20,000 nucleotides of DNA from an uncultured virus (IMG/VR IMGVR_UViG_3300021960_000024) (lineage: Duplodnaviria; Heunggongvirae; Uroviricota; Caudoviricetes). The stretch lies in the IMG/VR virus record IMGVR_UViG_3300021960_000024; one strand, 5' to 3'. The notes beneath the pieces were generated by a model, which was not told the DNA's origin, ran no database searches, and worked only from the letters and a program-made list of their open reading frames with translations. The translations under genes and the position numbers were made by a program. Below, piece after piece: positions 6,979 to 16,372 of this stretch. Position 1 is the stretch's first letter. Each line of letters begins with the position of its first letter.

Positions 6979-9192
6979 ATGGGATTTCTAGTTTCACCCG
7001 GCGTTCATGTACGGGAAATTGATCTTACGAATGTTGTTCCATCTGTATCTACCTCTATCGGTGCAATCGCCGGTCCTTTTGCAAAAGGTCCAGTTAGTGC
7101 GGTTACTGCGATTAGTTCGGAAGAACAGTTACTACAGACATTTGGTAAGCCAAACAGTTCAAATTTTGAGTGGTGGTTCACTGCTGCAAACTTCTTGCAG
7201 TATGGTGACGCTCTTCGTGTGGTTCGTGCAGAATCAGGCATTTTAAACGCTGGTGCAACCAGTGGTATCCTCATTCGTGACGATGACCACTATGAAGATA
7301 GTTTCTCCACAGGACAGGGTACTCACGGTGAGTGGACTGCTCGTACCGCTGGTACTTGGGGTAACTCAATCGGTGTGGATATCTGCCCCAGCGCAAGAGC
7401 ATTTACTCAACCTCTGGGTACACTTAACCTAGTGAATGGTGCCGGTGCAATTGGTGATTTGCAAATCACAGTTGATGATCAAGATGCAACTGATGCGACA
7501 ATCGCAGTCGGTGACATTATTAAGTTTTTCACAAACAACTCTGTCACTGCAACATCTGACGGGGCAATCACAGTTCCATCTAAAACTCTTACGGTTGATG
7601 GTAACTCTGGTACAATCGCAGTTGGTCAACGTGTGATTGGTGCCGGTATCTCTGATGGTGGCATTCAGGCTAAAGTTGTAACAGTTACTTCTCAGACTTC
7701 TCTTATCCTTGATAAAGCAATTACGGTAGCTGACAATGTGCCTCTTGCATTTGATACGGTCACCGCAGTTGAAAGTGGTAACGTAGAATACGAAGTTACT
7801 TCTGTTTCTGGTGAAGTTCTAACTATTCGTCTACTTGATGATCCCGCCGGTGGTGGACTTAAAACTATTATTCCTGATAACTCTTACATTCAACGCCGTT
7901 GGCGTTTCAGTGACCTCTTTGATGCGCCTCCTGGCACATCCGATTGGTCAACTGCAAACGGGCGGGGTGAACAAGACGAACTTCACGTTGCAGTTTACGA
8001 CACAACAGGTGACATTACGGGTTATGCTGTGGATGTTAAGGGTCAGCGTGGACCTTCAGTTATCGAACTGTTCCCTGCTATGTCTAAAAACTCTGCTGCG
8101 AAGACAACACAGGGTGGAAATAACTACTACCCAGATGTTATCTTCCGTGGTTCTAATTACATCTACTGGACGGATCACATCTCTGGCGGTACTAACTGGG
8201 GTACAGACATTGCAACAGGTACAGACTATACACTAGTATCTGGTGTTAATGTTGACACTCTGACAGGTGGAACGGATGATTACTCCGTGACTGCTGGTGA
8301 AATTGAACGTGGCTATGACAAGTTCGCTGACACAGAAAATCTTGACATCAACCTAGTCATGGGTGGTCCAAGTTCTGGTGTTACAGATAGTGATGATGGT
8401 CAGGATACTTTTGTGACCATGATTACTGACCTTGTTGAATCACGAAGGGATTGCGTCGGTTTCGTATCCCCTTATCGTGCTGCAACAGTTGGTGTAACAT
8501 CATCCATCGCTCAAACATATAATGTAAAGAATGCATTTGACAAATGTCCATCGTCTTCGTATATGGTATACGATAGTGGATACAAGTACATGTATGATAA
8601 ATACAACGATGTGTATCGATTTGTTCCTTTAAACGGTGATACCGCTGGACTTTGTGCATACACAGATGGTGTTGCTGATCCTTGGTTCTCACCAGCTGGT
8701 TACAATCGTGGTGGTCTTCGTGGTGCAATCAAACTTTCTTATAACCCACAGAAAGCAGATCGTGACATTCTCTATAAGTCACGGATCAACCCAGTGGTTG
8801 ATTTCCCCGGTCAGGGTGTTACACTCTTTGGTGATAAGACTGCTCTCACAAAACCAAGTGCATTTGACCGCATTAACGTGCGTCGTCTGTTCCTTGTTCT
8901 TGAGAAAGCAATTGCCACTGCTTCTAAGTTCCAACTCTTTGAGTTCAATGATGAATTCACAAGAGCCCAGTTCCGTAATCTGGTAGAACCCTTCTTGCGG
9001 GATGTGCAGGGACGCCGTGGTATTTTCGACTTTAAGGTAGTTTGTGATACAACTAATAACACTGGTGAGGTCATTGACCGTAACGAGTTTATTGGTGACA
9101 TCTACATCAAACCAGCAAGGTCAATCAACTTTATTACACTAAACTTCATCGCCGTGCGAACTGGTGTTGCGTTTAGTGAGGTAGGAGGTTAA
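6979..9192 (+). CDS. gp18: Tail sheath protein gp18
   Basis: SPGVHVREIDLT, WFSPAGYNRG, FDRINVRRLF, FEFNDEFTR and YIKPARSINFI. Confidence 0.98.
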   Translation: MGFLVSPGVHVREIDLTNVVPSVSTSIGAIAGPFAKGPVSAVTAISSEEQLLQTFGKPNSSNFEWWFTAANFLQYGDALRVVRAESGILNAGATSGILIRDDDHYEDSFSTGQGTHGEWTARTAGTWGNSIGVDICPSARAFTQPLGTLNLVNGAGAIGDLQITVDDQDATDATIAVGDIIKFFTNNSVTATSDGAITVPSKTLTVDGNSGTIAVGQRVIGAGISDGGIQAKVVTVTSQTSLILDKAITVADNVPLAFDTVTAVESGNVEYEVTSVSGEVLTIRLLDDPAGGGLKTIIPDNSYIQRRWRFSDLFDAPPGTSDWSTANGRGEQDELHVAVYDTTGDITGYAVDVKGQRGPSVIELFPAMSKNSAAKTTQGGNNYYPDVIFRGSNYIYWTDHISGGTNWGTDIATGTDYTLVSGVNVDTLTGGTDDYSVTAGEIERGYDKFADTENLDINLVMGGPSSGVTDSDDGQDTFVTMITDLVESRRDCVGFVSPYRAATVGVTSSIAQTYNVKNAFDKCPSSSYMVYDSGYKYMYDKYNDVYRFVPLNGDTAGLCAYTDGVADPWFSPAGYNRGGLRGAIKLSYNPQKADRDILYKSRINPVVDFPGQGVTLFGDKTALTKPSAFDRINVRRLFLVLEKAIATASKFQLFEFNDEFTRAQFRNLVEPFLRDVQGRRGIFDFKVVCDTTNNTGEVIDRNEFIGDIYIKPARSINFITLNFIAVRTGVAFSEVGG

Positions 9193-9194
9193 TC

Positions 9195-9731
9195 ATGGCT
9201 AATATAGATGACTTTAAAGCAAGTTTAATCGGTGGTGGTGCAAGAGCCAACCAATTTAGGGTAACTATTACTCCACCATCAGGTATCGCAATCGGTCTTG
9301 ATACTCGTAGAACTTCGTTTCTTGTTAAGGCTGCAGCACTGCCATCCCGTGCAATCACTCCAATTGAATTGAAATTCCGTGGTCGTACTATCTTCATGGC
9401 AGGTGATGCCGCTGTTCCAGAAGCTTGGGAAACTACATTTCTTAATGACACTGACTTTATGATTAAAAACGCAATTGAACGCTGGTCAAATGGTATCAAT
9501 GATTTCGCATTGAATACTGGTGTTGTATCTCCCTCTGACTATCAGACAGACTTAACTGTTGAACAGTTGGATCGTGACGAAACAGTTCTGAAGAGTTATA
9601 TTCTAAGGAATGCATGGCCAACGACAAGTGGTTCTGCTATTCCATTAGATATGAGCACTGAAAGTACAATTGAAGAATTTACATGTTCTTGGAGCTATCA
9701 ACACTTTGAAGCTTCTGGCGTAAACTTCTAA
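9195..9731 (+). CDS. gp19: Tail tube protein gp19
   Basis: GGGARANQFRV, FRGR..MAGD and NDTDF.I..AIERW; follows gp18. Confidence 0.95.
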   Translation: MANIDDFKASLIGGGARANQFRVTITPPSGIAIGLDTRRTSFLVKAAALPSRAITPIELKFRGRTIFMAGDAAVPEAWETTFLNDTDFMIKNAIERWSNGINDFALNTGVVSPSDYQTDLTVEQLDRDETVLKSYILRNAWPTTSGSAIPLDMSTESTIEEFTCSWSYQHFEASGVNF

Positions 9732-9740
9732 TTTGAACCT

Positions 9741-9748
9741 ACTAAATA
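9741..9748 (+). promoter_or_regulatory. Probable late promoter variant ACTAAATA upstream of gp20
   Basis: Same variant as before gp17, followed by an AGGAG SD. Confidence 0.55.
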
Positions 9749-9770
9749 GACGGTAGGAGATAAAAATATT

Positions 9771-11414
9771 ATGGCAGAATTATTCGGCTTTTCAATACAA
9801 AAAGCAAAAAAGGATCAGGGGCTCAGTGGAAAAACTTTCACTGACCCCACTCCTGATGACGGCGCAATTGAGATTGCAGGCGGTGGGTTCTTTTCCTCTG
9901 TACTAGATACAGATGGTCGAGAACGCAATGACCTTGACCTCATTCGTCGTTATAGAGATATTTCTATGCAATCGGAGTGTGATGCTGCGGTTGAAGATAT
10001 TGTGAATGAAGGTATCATTTCAAATCTAAATGATATTCCAGTAAATATCGATTTAACAAATCTAAAATACGGCGATAAAATTAAAAATAGAATTCGAGTT
10101 GAGTTCATGGAAGTTCTAAGACTTCTTAATTTTAATGAAAAGGGTCATGATATCTTTCGTCGTTGGTATGTTGATGGTCGTATATACTACCACAAAGTTA
10201 TCGACAATAAAGACCCACAGAAGGGTTTAACCCATCTAAGATTTATTGACCCAACTAAAATTCGTAAGGTTCGAGAAACAAAAAAAGACCCTAGCGTTGA
10301 CCAGAATGGCGTTGAAATGGTCAGTAAGGTAGATGAATATTTTATCTACAGCGATAAGGGTTTTGCAAGTTCGGGTTCTCAGGGTAATGATCAGGGAATT
10401 AAAATTGCTGCTGATTCAGTAGTATATGTTCCATCAGGACTCCTTGACAACAACTCTGGTCGAGTTATCTCGCACCTACACAAAGCAATCAAACCAGTTA
10501 ATCAGTTGCGTATGATCGAAGATGCGATTGTTATCTATCGCATCTCTCGTGCGCCAGAACGTAGAATTTTCTATATTGACGTTGGTAATCTACCAAAGGT
10601 AAAAGCAGAACAGTATCTAAAAGATGTGATGAATCGTTATCGTAACAAGTTGGTATACGATGCAAGTACAGGTGAGATTCGGGATGACCGTAATCACATG
10701 TCTATGTTGGAAGATTTCTGGCTTCCTCGCCGTGAAGGTGGTAGAGGAACAGAAATTAGCACACTTCCCGGCGGTTCTAATTTGGGAGAGATTGATGATA
10801 TCGTATATTTCCAACGGAAACTATACCGTTCACTTAACGTGCCGATTTCAAGACTTGAAGCTGAAAACGGATTCAGTATGGGAAGGGCATCAGAAATTAC
10901 TAGAGACGAACTCAAGTTCACTAAGTTCGTACAACGTATTCGTAAGAAATTTACCCCCCTATTCACTGACTTGCTCAAAACTAACCTACTCCTTAAAGGC
11001 GTAATCTCACCAGAAGATTGGCCTCGTATGCAAGAACATATTCAGTATGACTTTATGGAAGATGGTCACTTTGCAGAGTTGAAAGACGCAGAACTTCTTA
11101 ATGATCGTATTCAGACACTTGATAGCATTCAGTCCTATATTGGTACATTCTTCAGTAAGGAATATGTACTGAAAAAAGTCCTAAATATGACAGACGCAGA
11201 AATTCAAGAGATGCGAGCTCAGATGAAGAAGGAAGTTGAAACTGATCCATTGGATGGTGGTATTGATATGCCAGATGGTGGTGACGGTATCACAAGGTAT
11301 CCACAGGATGGTGATGGTGGTGTGATTGCACCAGAACAGATGCCAGACTATGAGGAACCAGAACAAGATGGTAAACCAAATGATGATCAAAAATTTGGTA
11401 AAGGAGATAAATAA
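9771..11414 (+). CDS. gp20: Portal vertex protein gp20
   Basis: LFGFSI, WYVDGR, RAPERRIFYIDVGNLP, EDFWLPRREGGRGTEI and ITRDELKF. Confidence 0.98.
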   Translation: MAELFGFSIQKAKKDQGLSGKTFTDPTPDDGAIEIAGGGFFSSVLDTDGRERNDLDLIRRYRDISMQSECDAAVEDIVNEGIISNLNDIPVNIDLTNLKYGDKIKNRIRVEFMEVLRLLNFNEKGHDIFRRWYVDGRIYYHKVIDNKDPQKGLTHLRFIDPTKIRKVRETKKDPSVDQNGVEMVSKVDEYFIYSDKGFASSGSQGNDQGIKIAADSVVYVPSGLLDNNSGRVISHLHKAIKPVNQLRMIEDAIVIYRISRAPERRIFYIDVGNLPKVKAEQYLKDVMNRYRNKLVYDASTGEIRDDRNHMSMLEDFWLPRREGGRGTEISTLPGGSNLGEIDDIVYFQRKLYRSLNVPISRLEAENGFSMGRASEITRDELKFTKFVQRIRKKFTPLFTDLLKTNLLLKGVISPEDWPRMQEHIQYDFMEDGHFAELKDAELLNDRIQTLDSIQSYIGTFFSKEYVLKKVLNMTDAEIQEMRAQMKKEVETDPLDGGIDMPDGGDGITRYPQDGDGGVIAPEQMPDYEEPEQDGKPNDDQKFGKGDK

Positions 11415-11590
11415 TGAGTAAAGAATTTGTAGATGCTCTTGTAGATGGCAACAATATCGAAGCGGAAAAGGCATTTAGTATCACAATGGCTGCAAGGGTT
11501 GGTGATGCTTTAGAGGTTAAACGTAGAGAACTTGCTAACACATTTGTCAAATATCAGAATAAGGAAGCAGATGGAAATGAAGAGGATTGA
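11414..11590 (+). CDS. Small prohead core protein, gp67-like (58 aa)
   Basis: Hand-translated as MSKEFVDALVDGNNIEAEKAFSITMAARVGDALEVKRRELANTFVKYQNKEADGNEED*. The ATG overlaps the gp20 stop (TAATG), AAGGAG lies at 11401-11406, and the position matches T4 gp67. Below the ORF-track size cutoff. Confidence 0.75.
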   Translation: MSKEFVDALVDGNNIEAEKAFSITMAARVGDALEVKRRELANTFVKYQNKEADGNEED

Positions 11591-11825
11591 GGAAATCTAT
11601 GAATCTACAGTTGTAGAGAAGGATGAACACAGGAAATCTAAACAATATAAACGTCTTTCACCCAAAATGAAGGACGCAGTGGACGATTTGTTCAAAAAAA
11701 TGGACTCTAAACCTTCAGATTTCCTAAATAGTTTCGAAAGAACTATAACCGATGTATCTAAGAAATATAAAGTTCCTGAGAGGGAACTTCTTGGGTATTT
11801 TGAAAAAGAAATGTTAGCGATCTAG
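11577..11825 (+). CDS. Hypothetical protein in the prohead-core region (gp68 position)
   Basis: Charged, probably helical ORF; start ATG 11571 or 11577 after AAGGA; overlaps the upstream ORF end. Confidence 0.6.
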   Translation: MKRIEEIYESTVVEKDEHRKSKQYKRLSPKMKDAVDDLFKKMDSKPSDFLNSFERTITDVSKKYKVPERELLGYFEKEMLAI

Positions 11826-11834
11826 GGGATATAG

Positions 11835-12254
11835 ATGTCATTTGTAACAACAACATTAAGAGATACGATTGTGAATGCACCAGCTGCTGGTGGTATCGTA
11901 ACGGTAAAGGCAATCTTTGATAATGATACTGCTGACAATCTTATTCTTGATGCAGGCGGTCTTTCTGGATTTGCAAACGGTTGTAAGTTAGACCTGTCCC
12001 GTGCTTGGTGGGCTCTTACTCAGGGTACTGCTGCAGCAAACACTGGTGATTTGATCATTAAGTTTATCGGTTCTTCAGACAATGTAGTTGCACTACAACT
12101 TGCTGGTACAGGACACTATGATGGTTCTGCTGGACTAATCAAGGGAACTGCAACAAATACGACTGCAACATCCTCTGATATCAACGGAGAAACAAGGGGT
12201 ACTTCTGGGTTTGTTATTTTAGAATTTAAAAAAGACAACGCTTGGACGGCATAA
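11835..12254 (+). CDS. Hypothetical protein, probably virion-associated (beta-rich, G/A/T-rich)
   Basis: 139-aa ORF with core-gene-like codon usage and an upstream AGGGGA, directly before gp21. Confidence 0.7.
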   Translation: MSFVTTTLRDTIVNAPAAGGIVTVKAIFDNDTADNLILDAGGLSGFANGCKLDLSRAWWALTQGTAAANTGDLIIKFIGSSDNVVALQLAGTGHYDGSAGLIKGTATNTTATSSDINGETRGTSGFVILEFKKDNAWTA

Positions 12255-12264
12255 GGATAAAACA

Positions 12265-12912
12265 ATGAAACTATTTTCAGAGGCAGTCGAAGAAGTAGAG
12301 TATATCTGCGAAGCAAAGGAAGACGGTAGTAAGAACTACAAGATTCGTGGTATCTTCATGCAGGCTGACATCAAGAACCGTAATGGTCGGGTGTATCCTA
12401 TGGAAGTACTTCAAAAAGAAGTTGGAAAATACAACAAGAACTTTATTAAAGAAAATCGTGCATTTGGTGAGCTTGGACATCCAGACGGACCAACCGTCAA
12501 TCTGGAACGAGTGTCACATATGATCACGTCTTTAGAACCTGATGGAAAAAACTTTATTGGTGAGGCAAAAATTATGGCTACACCAATGGGTGAGATTGTG
12601 AAGAGTCTTATGGATGAAGGTGCAAAACTGGGCGTTTCCTCACGGGGAATGGGCAGTCTAGATCAAAAAGGTGGTGCGAACTATGTGCGGGACGACTTCT
12701 ATCTCGCAACAGCAGCAGATATTGTTGCTGACCCTTCTGCACCAAACGCTTTTGTTGAAGGTATTATGGAAGGTAAAGAGTGGGTTTGGAACAACGGAGC
12801 GTTGTTGGAAGCGGAAATGGTAGAGATGAAAAAAGGATTTGATGTTAAGGAACGTCAGAGAAACGCAACTAAGGAAGCTTTAGCATTTGCTAAGTTTCTT
12901 AAAAGACTTTAA
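12265..12912 (+). CDS. gp21: Prohead core scaffold protease gp21
   Basis: GIFMQADIKNRNGRVYP, GELGHP, GVSSRGMGSL and DIVADPSAPNAFV. Confidence 0.97.
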   Translation: MKLFSEAVEEVEYICEAKEDGSKNYKIRGIFMQADIKNRNGRVYPMEVLQKEVGKYNKNFIKENRAFGELGHPDGPTVNLERVSHMITSLEPDGKNFIGEAKIMATPMGEIVKSLMDEGAKLGVSSRGMGSLDQKGGANYVRDDFYLATAADIVADPSAPNAFVEGIMEGKEWVWNNGALLEAEMVEMKKGFDVKERQRNATKEALAFAKFLKRL

Positions 12913-12914
12913 GT

Positions 12915-12922
12915 TATAAATA
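12915..12922 (+). promoter_or_regulatory. T4-type late promoter TATAAATA upstream of gp22
   Basis: Exact consensus just after the gp21 stop. Confidence 0.85.
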
Positions 12923-12953
12923 ATCATTACAGATGAAGGTAAGGAGACACCCT

Positions 12954-14222
12954 ATGTCAGAACTAGAACAAACAATTGAAGAGCTCGAAGCAGAAGTGCT
13001 TGCAGAGCTTGAAGAAGCGAGTGACGCCCAGACAAAGGGTGCTGCTCCTGCCGAAGGCAAAAAGAAAATTGATGCAGTAACACCCGGTGGCGAAGTTGCC
13101 GATGTTGGTGGTGCTGATCCAGAAGCTAAAGTTGAAAAAGATGCCGATGAAGATCGTGAAGAGAAAGCGATTGGTAAGAAGGCCGCTGCAGCTGCAAAAG
13201 CAGTTTCAGGTGATGCACAACAGAAGGGCGCTGGTAAATCAGACGGTCCTCAGAAACTCGCTGCTGGTCATGTACCAGAAGAGGGTGAAGTTGTCACAGA
13301 AGCAAAACGCATGACGAAAGAAATGCTCAAAGCTGCAATGCATAAAAAGATGGAAGGCATGAAAGCCGTCGATCTGAAAGCCGCATATGAGAATATGATG
13401 GCCCCTGCTGAAGAAGAAGAAGAGATGGACGAAGCTGCAATGTCAGAACTCAAAAAACTTGAGGACGCAAAAGCAGAGATCGAAGAGAAGATCAAGTCCA
13501 TCAATGTCAAGGAAGACGTTGACGCCCTCGTAGAAGGTGAAGACCTCTCCGAAGAGTTCAAGGACAAGGCAGCGACAATCTTTGAAGCTGCTGTTAAATC
13601 AAAAACCCGTGAGGAAATCTCTCGTATTCACGAAGATATGACTTCCGAGTTTGAAGTAAAACTGGAAGAGTCTGTTGATGCTCTTACAGAAAAAGTAGAT
13701 ACTTATCTCAACTACGTTGTAGAGACATGGACTAAAGAGAACGAGTTGGCAATCGAACGTGGCCTAAAGGGTGAGATTGCAGAAGACTTTATCTCTGGAC
13801 TGAAACAGTTGTTTGAAGATCACTATATTGATGTGCCTGATGAGAAATATGACCTTCTCGAAGCACAATCTGACAAAATTGCTGAACTGGAAGAGAAGGT
13901 TAACAGTGTCATGGAGCAGAATATCTCCCTTACATCTGTTAAGTCCCAACTGGTTCGGGAACAGGTTATCTCTGAAGCTTGCGAAGAGTTGACCGATACC
14001 GAAATTGAAAAGTTCAAGTCTCTTACTGAAGATGTTGACTTTGTTGACGAAGAGTCCTTCAAAGCAAAACTCAACACCTTGAAGGAAAGTTATTTCCCTA
14101 AGACGATTGTTGAACAAACTTTTGATGATGAAGATGGTGGCACCGCACAGGACATTGATACGACTGAAGCTATGAGCGCTTACATGTCGGCAATCAGTCG
14201 TAACAAAGAGCGTGCCCAATAA
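12954..14222 (+). CDS. gp22: Prohead core scaffold protein gp22
   Basis: LSEEFKDKAATIFEAAV, YLNYVVE.W..EN.LAIE.G and LKESYF; start moved to ATG 12954 (AAGGAG at 12941-12946). Confidence 0.95.
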   Translation: MSELEQTIEELEAEVLAELEEASDAQTKGAAPAEGKKKIDAVTPGGEVADVGGADPEAKVEKDADEDREEKAIGKKAAAAAKAVSGDAQQKGAGKSDGPQKLAAGHVPEEGEVVTEAKRMTKEMLKAAMHKKMEGMKAVDLKAAYENMMAPAEEEEEMDEAAMSELKKLEDAKAEIEEKIKSINVKEDVDALVEGEDLSEEFKDKAATIFEAAVKSKTREEISRIHEDMTSEFEVKLEESVDALTEKVDTYLNYVVETWTKENELAIERGLKGEIAEDFISGLKQLFEDHYIDVPDEKYDLLEAQSDKIAELEEKVNSVMEQNISLTSVKSQLVREQVISEACEELTDTEIEKFKSLTEDVDFVDEESFKAKLNTLKESYFPKTIVEQTFDDEDGGTAQDIDTTEAMSAYMSAISRNKERAQ

Positions 14223-14258
14223 TATTATAAACAGATGTAATTAATAAAGGAGAAACAA

Positions 14259-15596
14259 ATGTTTCAGACAGAACATCTACAAGAAAAGTGGCAGCCAGTC
14301 CTAGAACACCCCGATCTACCAAAGATTGAGGATTCTTATAAGCGGGCAGTTACTACTCTCATCCTAGAGAACCAAGAAAAAGCAATGAAGGAAGACCGTG
14401 GTTTTCTTTCGGAAACAGCACCAACCAACAGCATGGGTGGTGGACAGATGGACACATGGGATCCAATTTTGATCTCACTAGTTCGTCGTGCAATGCCTAA
14501 CCTAATCGCTTATGACGTTTGTGGTGTGCAGCCAATGACAGGTCCAACGGGTCTGATCTTTGCTATGCGTTCAACACTTGCTTCACAGGATGGTGCAGAA
14601 GCTCTCGTTGACGAAGCTTTCCCAGACATCTCAAACCAGAATGCTGCCGGTACAATCGGTGGTGGCGACGTTGGTGCAACAGAGACTAACCCTGCTGTTC
14701 TTAATGATTCCTCGCCAGGAACATATACTTCCGCAACAGGTATGACACGCAGTCAGGCTGAAGCACTTGGTGATAGCGGCACGAACGCTTTCGCTGAAAT
14801 GGCATTCTCGATTGAGAAGTCAACGGTTACTGCCGTTTCCCGTGCGCTCAAAGCTGAGTACACGATGGAACTTGCACAGGACTTGAAGGCAATTCATGGT
14901 CTTGACGCCGAGACAGAACTCAGCAACATTCTTTCTACAGAAATCCTTGCTGAAATCAACCGTGAAGTCATTCGTTCGCTGTATGTTACAGCCGTTGCGG
15001 GTGCTCAGGTTAATACAACTGCTGCTGGTACTTTTGATCTGGACACCGACTCAAATGGTCGTTGGTCAGTTGAGAAGTTCAAGGGTCTAATGTTCCAGAT
15101 CGAACGTGACGCCAATGCGATTGGTCAACAGACCCGTCGTGGCAAGGGTAACATGCTGATCGTTTCAGCTGACGTTGCTTCTGCTCTTCAGATGGCCGGT
15201 GTTCTTGATTACACACCTGCTCTGAACAACAACCTCGCCGTTGACGACACATCTTCTACCTTCGCTGGTACAATGAATGGTCGTTTCAAGGTATATGTTG
15301 ATCCCTATTCTGCAAATGTTGCTGCTAGTCAGTATTATGTTTGTGGTTACAAGGGCACATCACCTTATGATGCTGGTTTCTTCTACTGCCCATACGTTCC
15401 ACTACAGATGGTCCGTGCGGTTGGTGAGAATTCCTTCCAGCCTAAGATTGGTTTCAAGACCCGTTATGGTCTTGCTGCTAACCCATTCGCTGGTGCGGGT
15501 GCGGTTGCTGCTGGTGACACGGTTAATACCGATGCTTCACTGGATGCGAACACCAATGCTTGGTATCGTCGGGTTAAAGTTACTAACCTTATGTAA
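14259..15596 (+). CDS. gp23: Major capsid protein gp23
   Basis: KWQPVL, VQPMTGPTGLIFAMR, RALKAEYT.ELAQDLKAIHGLDAE.EL, FYCPYVPL and FQPKIGFKTRYG; AAGGAG SD. Confidence 0.99.
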   Translation: MFQTEHLQEKWQPVLEHPDLPKIEDSYKRAVTTLILENQEKAMKEDRGFLSETAPTNSMGGGQMDTWDPILISLVRRAMPNLIAYDVCGVQPMTGPTGLIFAMRSTLASQDGAEALVDEAFPDISNQNAAGTIGGGDVGATETNPAVLNDSSPGTYTSATGMTRSQAEALGDSGTNAFAEMAFSIEKSTVTAVSRALKAEYTMELAQDLKAIHGLDAETELSNILSTEILAEINREVIRSLYVTAVAGAQVNTTAAGTFDLDTDSNGRWSVEKFKGLMFQIERDANAIGQQTRRGKGNMLIVSADVASALQMAGVLDYTPALNNNLAVDDTSSTFAGTMNGRFKVYVDPYSANVAASQYYVCGYKGTSPYDAGFFYCPYVPLQMVRAVGENSFQPKIGFKTRYGLAANPFAGAGAVAAGDTVNTDASLDANTNAWYRRVKVTNLM

Positions 15597-15617
15597 GATA
15601 AGGAAACTACTAAACTT

Positions 15618-15646
15618 GGGGGAGCATCTTGCTCCCCCTTTTTTTT
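15618..15646 (+). terminator. Intrinsic terminator after gp23
   Basis: GGGGGAGCA-TCT-TGCTCCCCC hairpin followed by T8. Confidence 0.92.
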
Positions 15647-15648
15647 GT

Positions 15649-15656
15649 TATAAATA
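15649..15656 (+). promoter_or_regulatory. T4-type late promoter TATAAATA upstream of gp3
   Basis: Exact consensus immediately after the terminator; 5 nt separate it from ATG 15662. Confidence 0.85.
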
Positions 15657-15661
15657 GATAC

Positions 15662-16246
15662 ATGGCAACTGCACAATCACCCCTCGCAAGACAACCGGAC
15701 CAGTTAGACTATGCAAGTCCAACTCAGTTCCGTTTTGGCATCAAACAATTACCAAAGGTAGAGTTCTTTACGATCAATGCAAACCTACCCGGCATCGGCG
15801 GCGCATCAGTAGATTTTGCAAACCCATTCAACAACATTCCAATCATGGGTGATAAACTCACTTATGCGGACCTTACTATCACATTTATCGTTGATGAGTA
15901 TCTGGAAAATTATCAATCACTACACAACTGGCTTACTGGTTATGGATTTCCATCCGACAGAGCTGAGTTTAGAGCGCATAGAGATGTGACCTCAAACACA
16001 CCAGCTGGTGGTTCAACACCACCTGTTGACCTTATTAGAAATATAACTCCTGATAAAGCAATGTACTCAGATGCATTTCTTATGATTTTATCGAATAAGA
16101 ATAACCCAATTCTAAATGTTAACTTTCAAAATGTATTTCCTATTTCACTCAGCGGATTAGATTACACGCAAGGTGCAACAGATGTCGAATATATGACTGC
16201 CGATGTTACTTTCAAATATCAAATCTATAAATTTGAGGGTGTCTAA
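15662..16246 (+). CDS. gp3: Tail tube terminator / head-proximal tail completion protein gp3
   Basis: SPTQFRF.I..LPKVEFF...ANLPGI, F.VDE.LENY..LHNWL and FPISLSGL; position after gp23 as in marine T4-likes. Start moved to ATG 15662. Confidence 0.88.
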   Translation: MATAQSPLARQPDQLDYASPTQFRFGIKQLPKVEFFTINANLPGIGGASVDFANPFNNIPIMGDKLTYADLTITFIVDEYLENYQSLHNWLTGYGFPSDRAEFRAHRDVTSNTPAGGSTPPVDLIRNITPDKAMYSDAFLMILSNKNNPILNVNFQNVFPISLSGLDYTQGATDVEYMTADVTFKYQIYKFEGV

Positions 16247-16253
16247 ATAAGAG

Positions 16254-16372
16254 TGAGCAGATTTGGTAAGCTTTAACAATTATCAAATCTTAGACTTAAT
16301 TACTGGTGACAACTCGTTCGAACTCATCAGGGTCAATATATCACAGAGAGAAACCAAACTGCTCATTTTTTT
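16254..16372 (+). ncRNA. Candidate structured RNA (small RNA or uvsY leader), family unknown
   Basis: TCTAAATA at 16242-16249 upstream; closing helix 16254-16267/16353-16365; internal helices 16259-16269/16280-16290 and 16303-16309/16324-16330; T7 run at 16366-16372. Confidence 0.5.

Noticed and set aside
16290..16345. Hammerhead ribozyme on the minus strand (CUGAUGA present at 16330-16324)
   Set aside because: The core is followed by GUUCGAAC-GAGUU rather than stem II plus GAAA, and I could not build stems I and III around a cleavage triplet.
16254..16365. tRNA gene (GTTCGAA T-loop-like motif)
   Set aside because: No cloverleaf: there is no 5-bp T-stem, anticodon arm or appropriately spaced acceptor stem.
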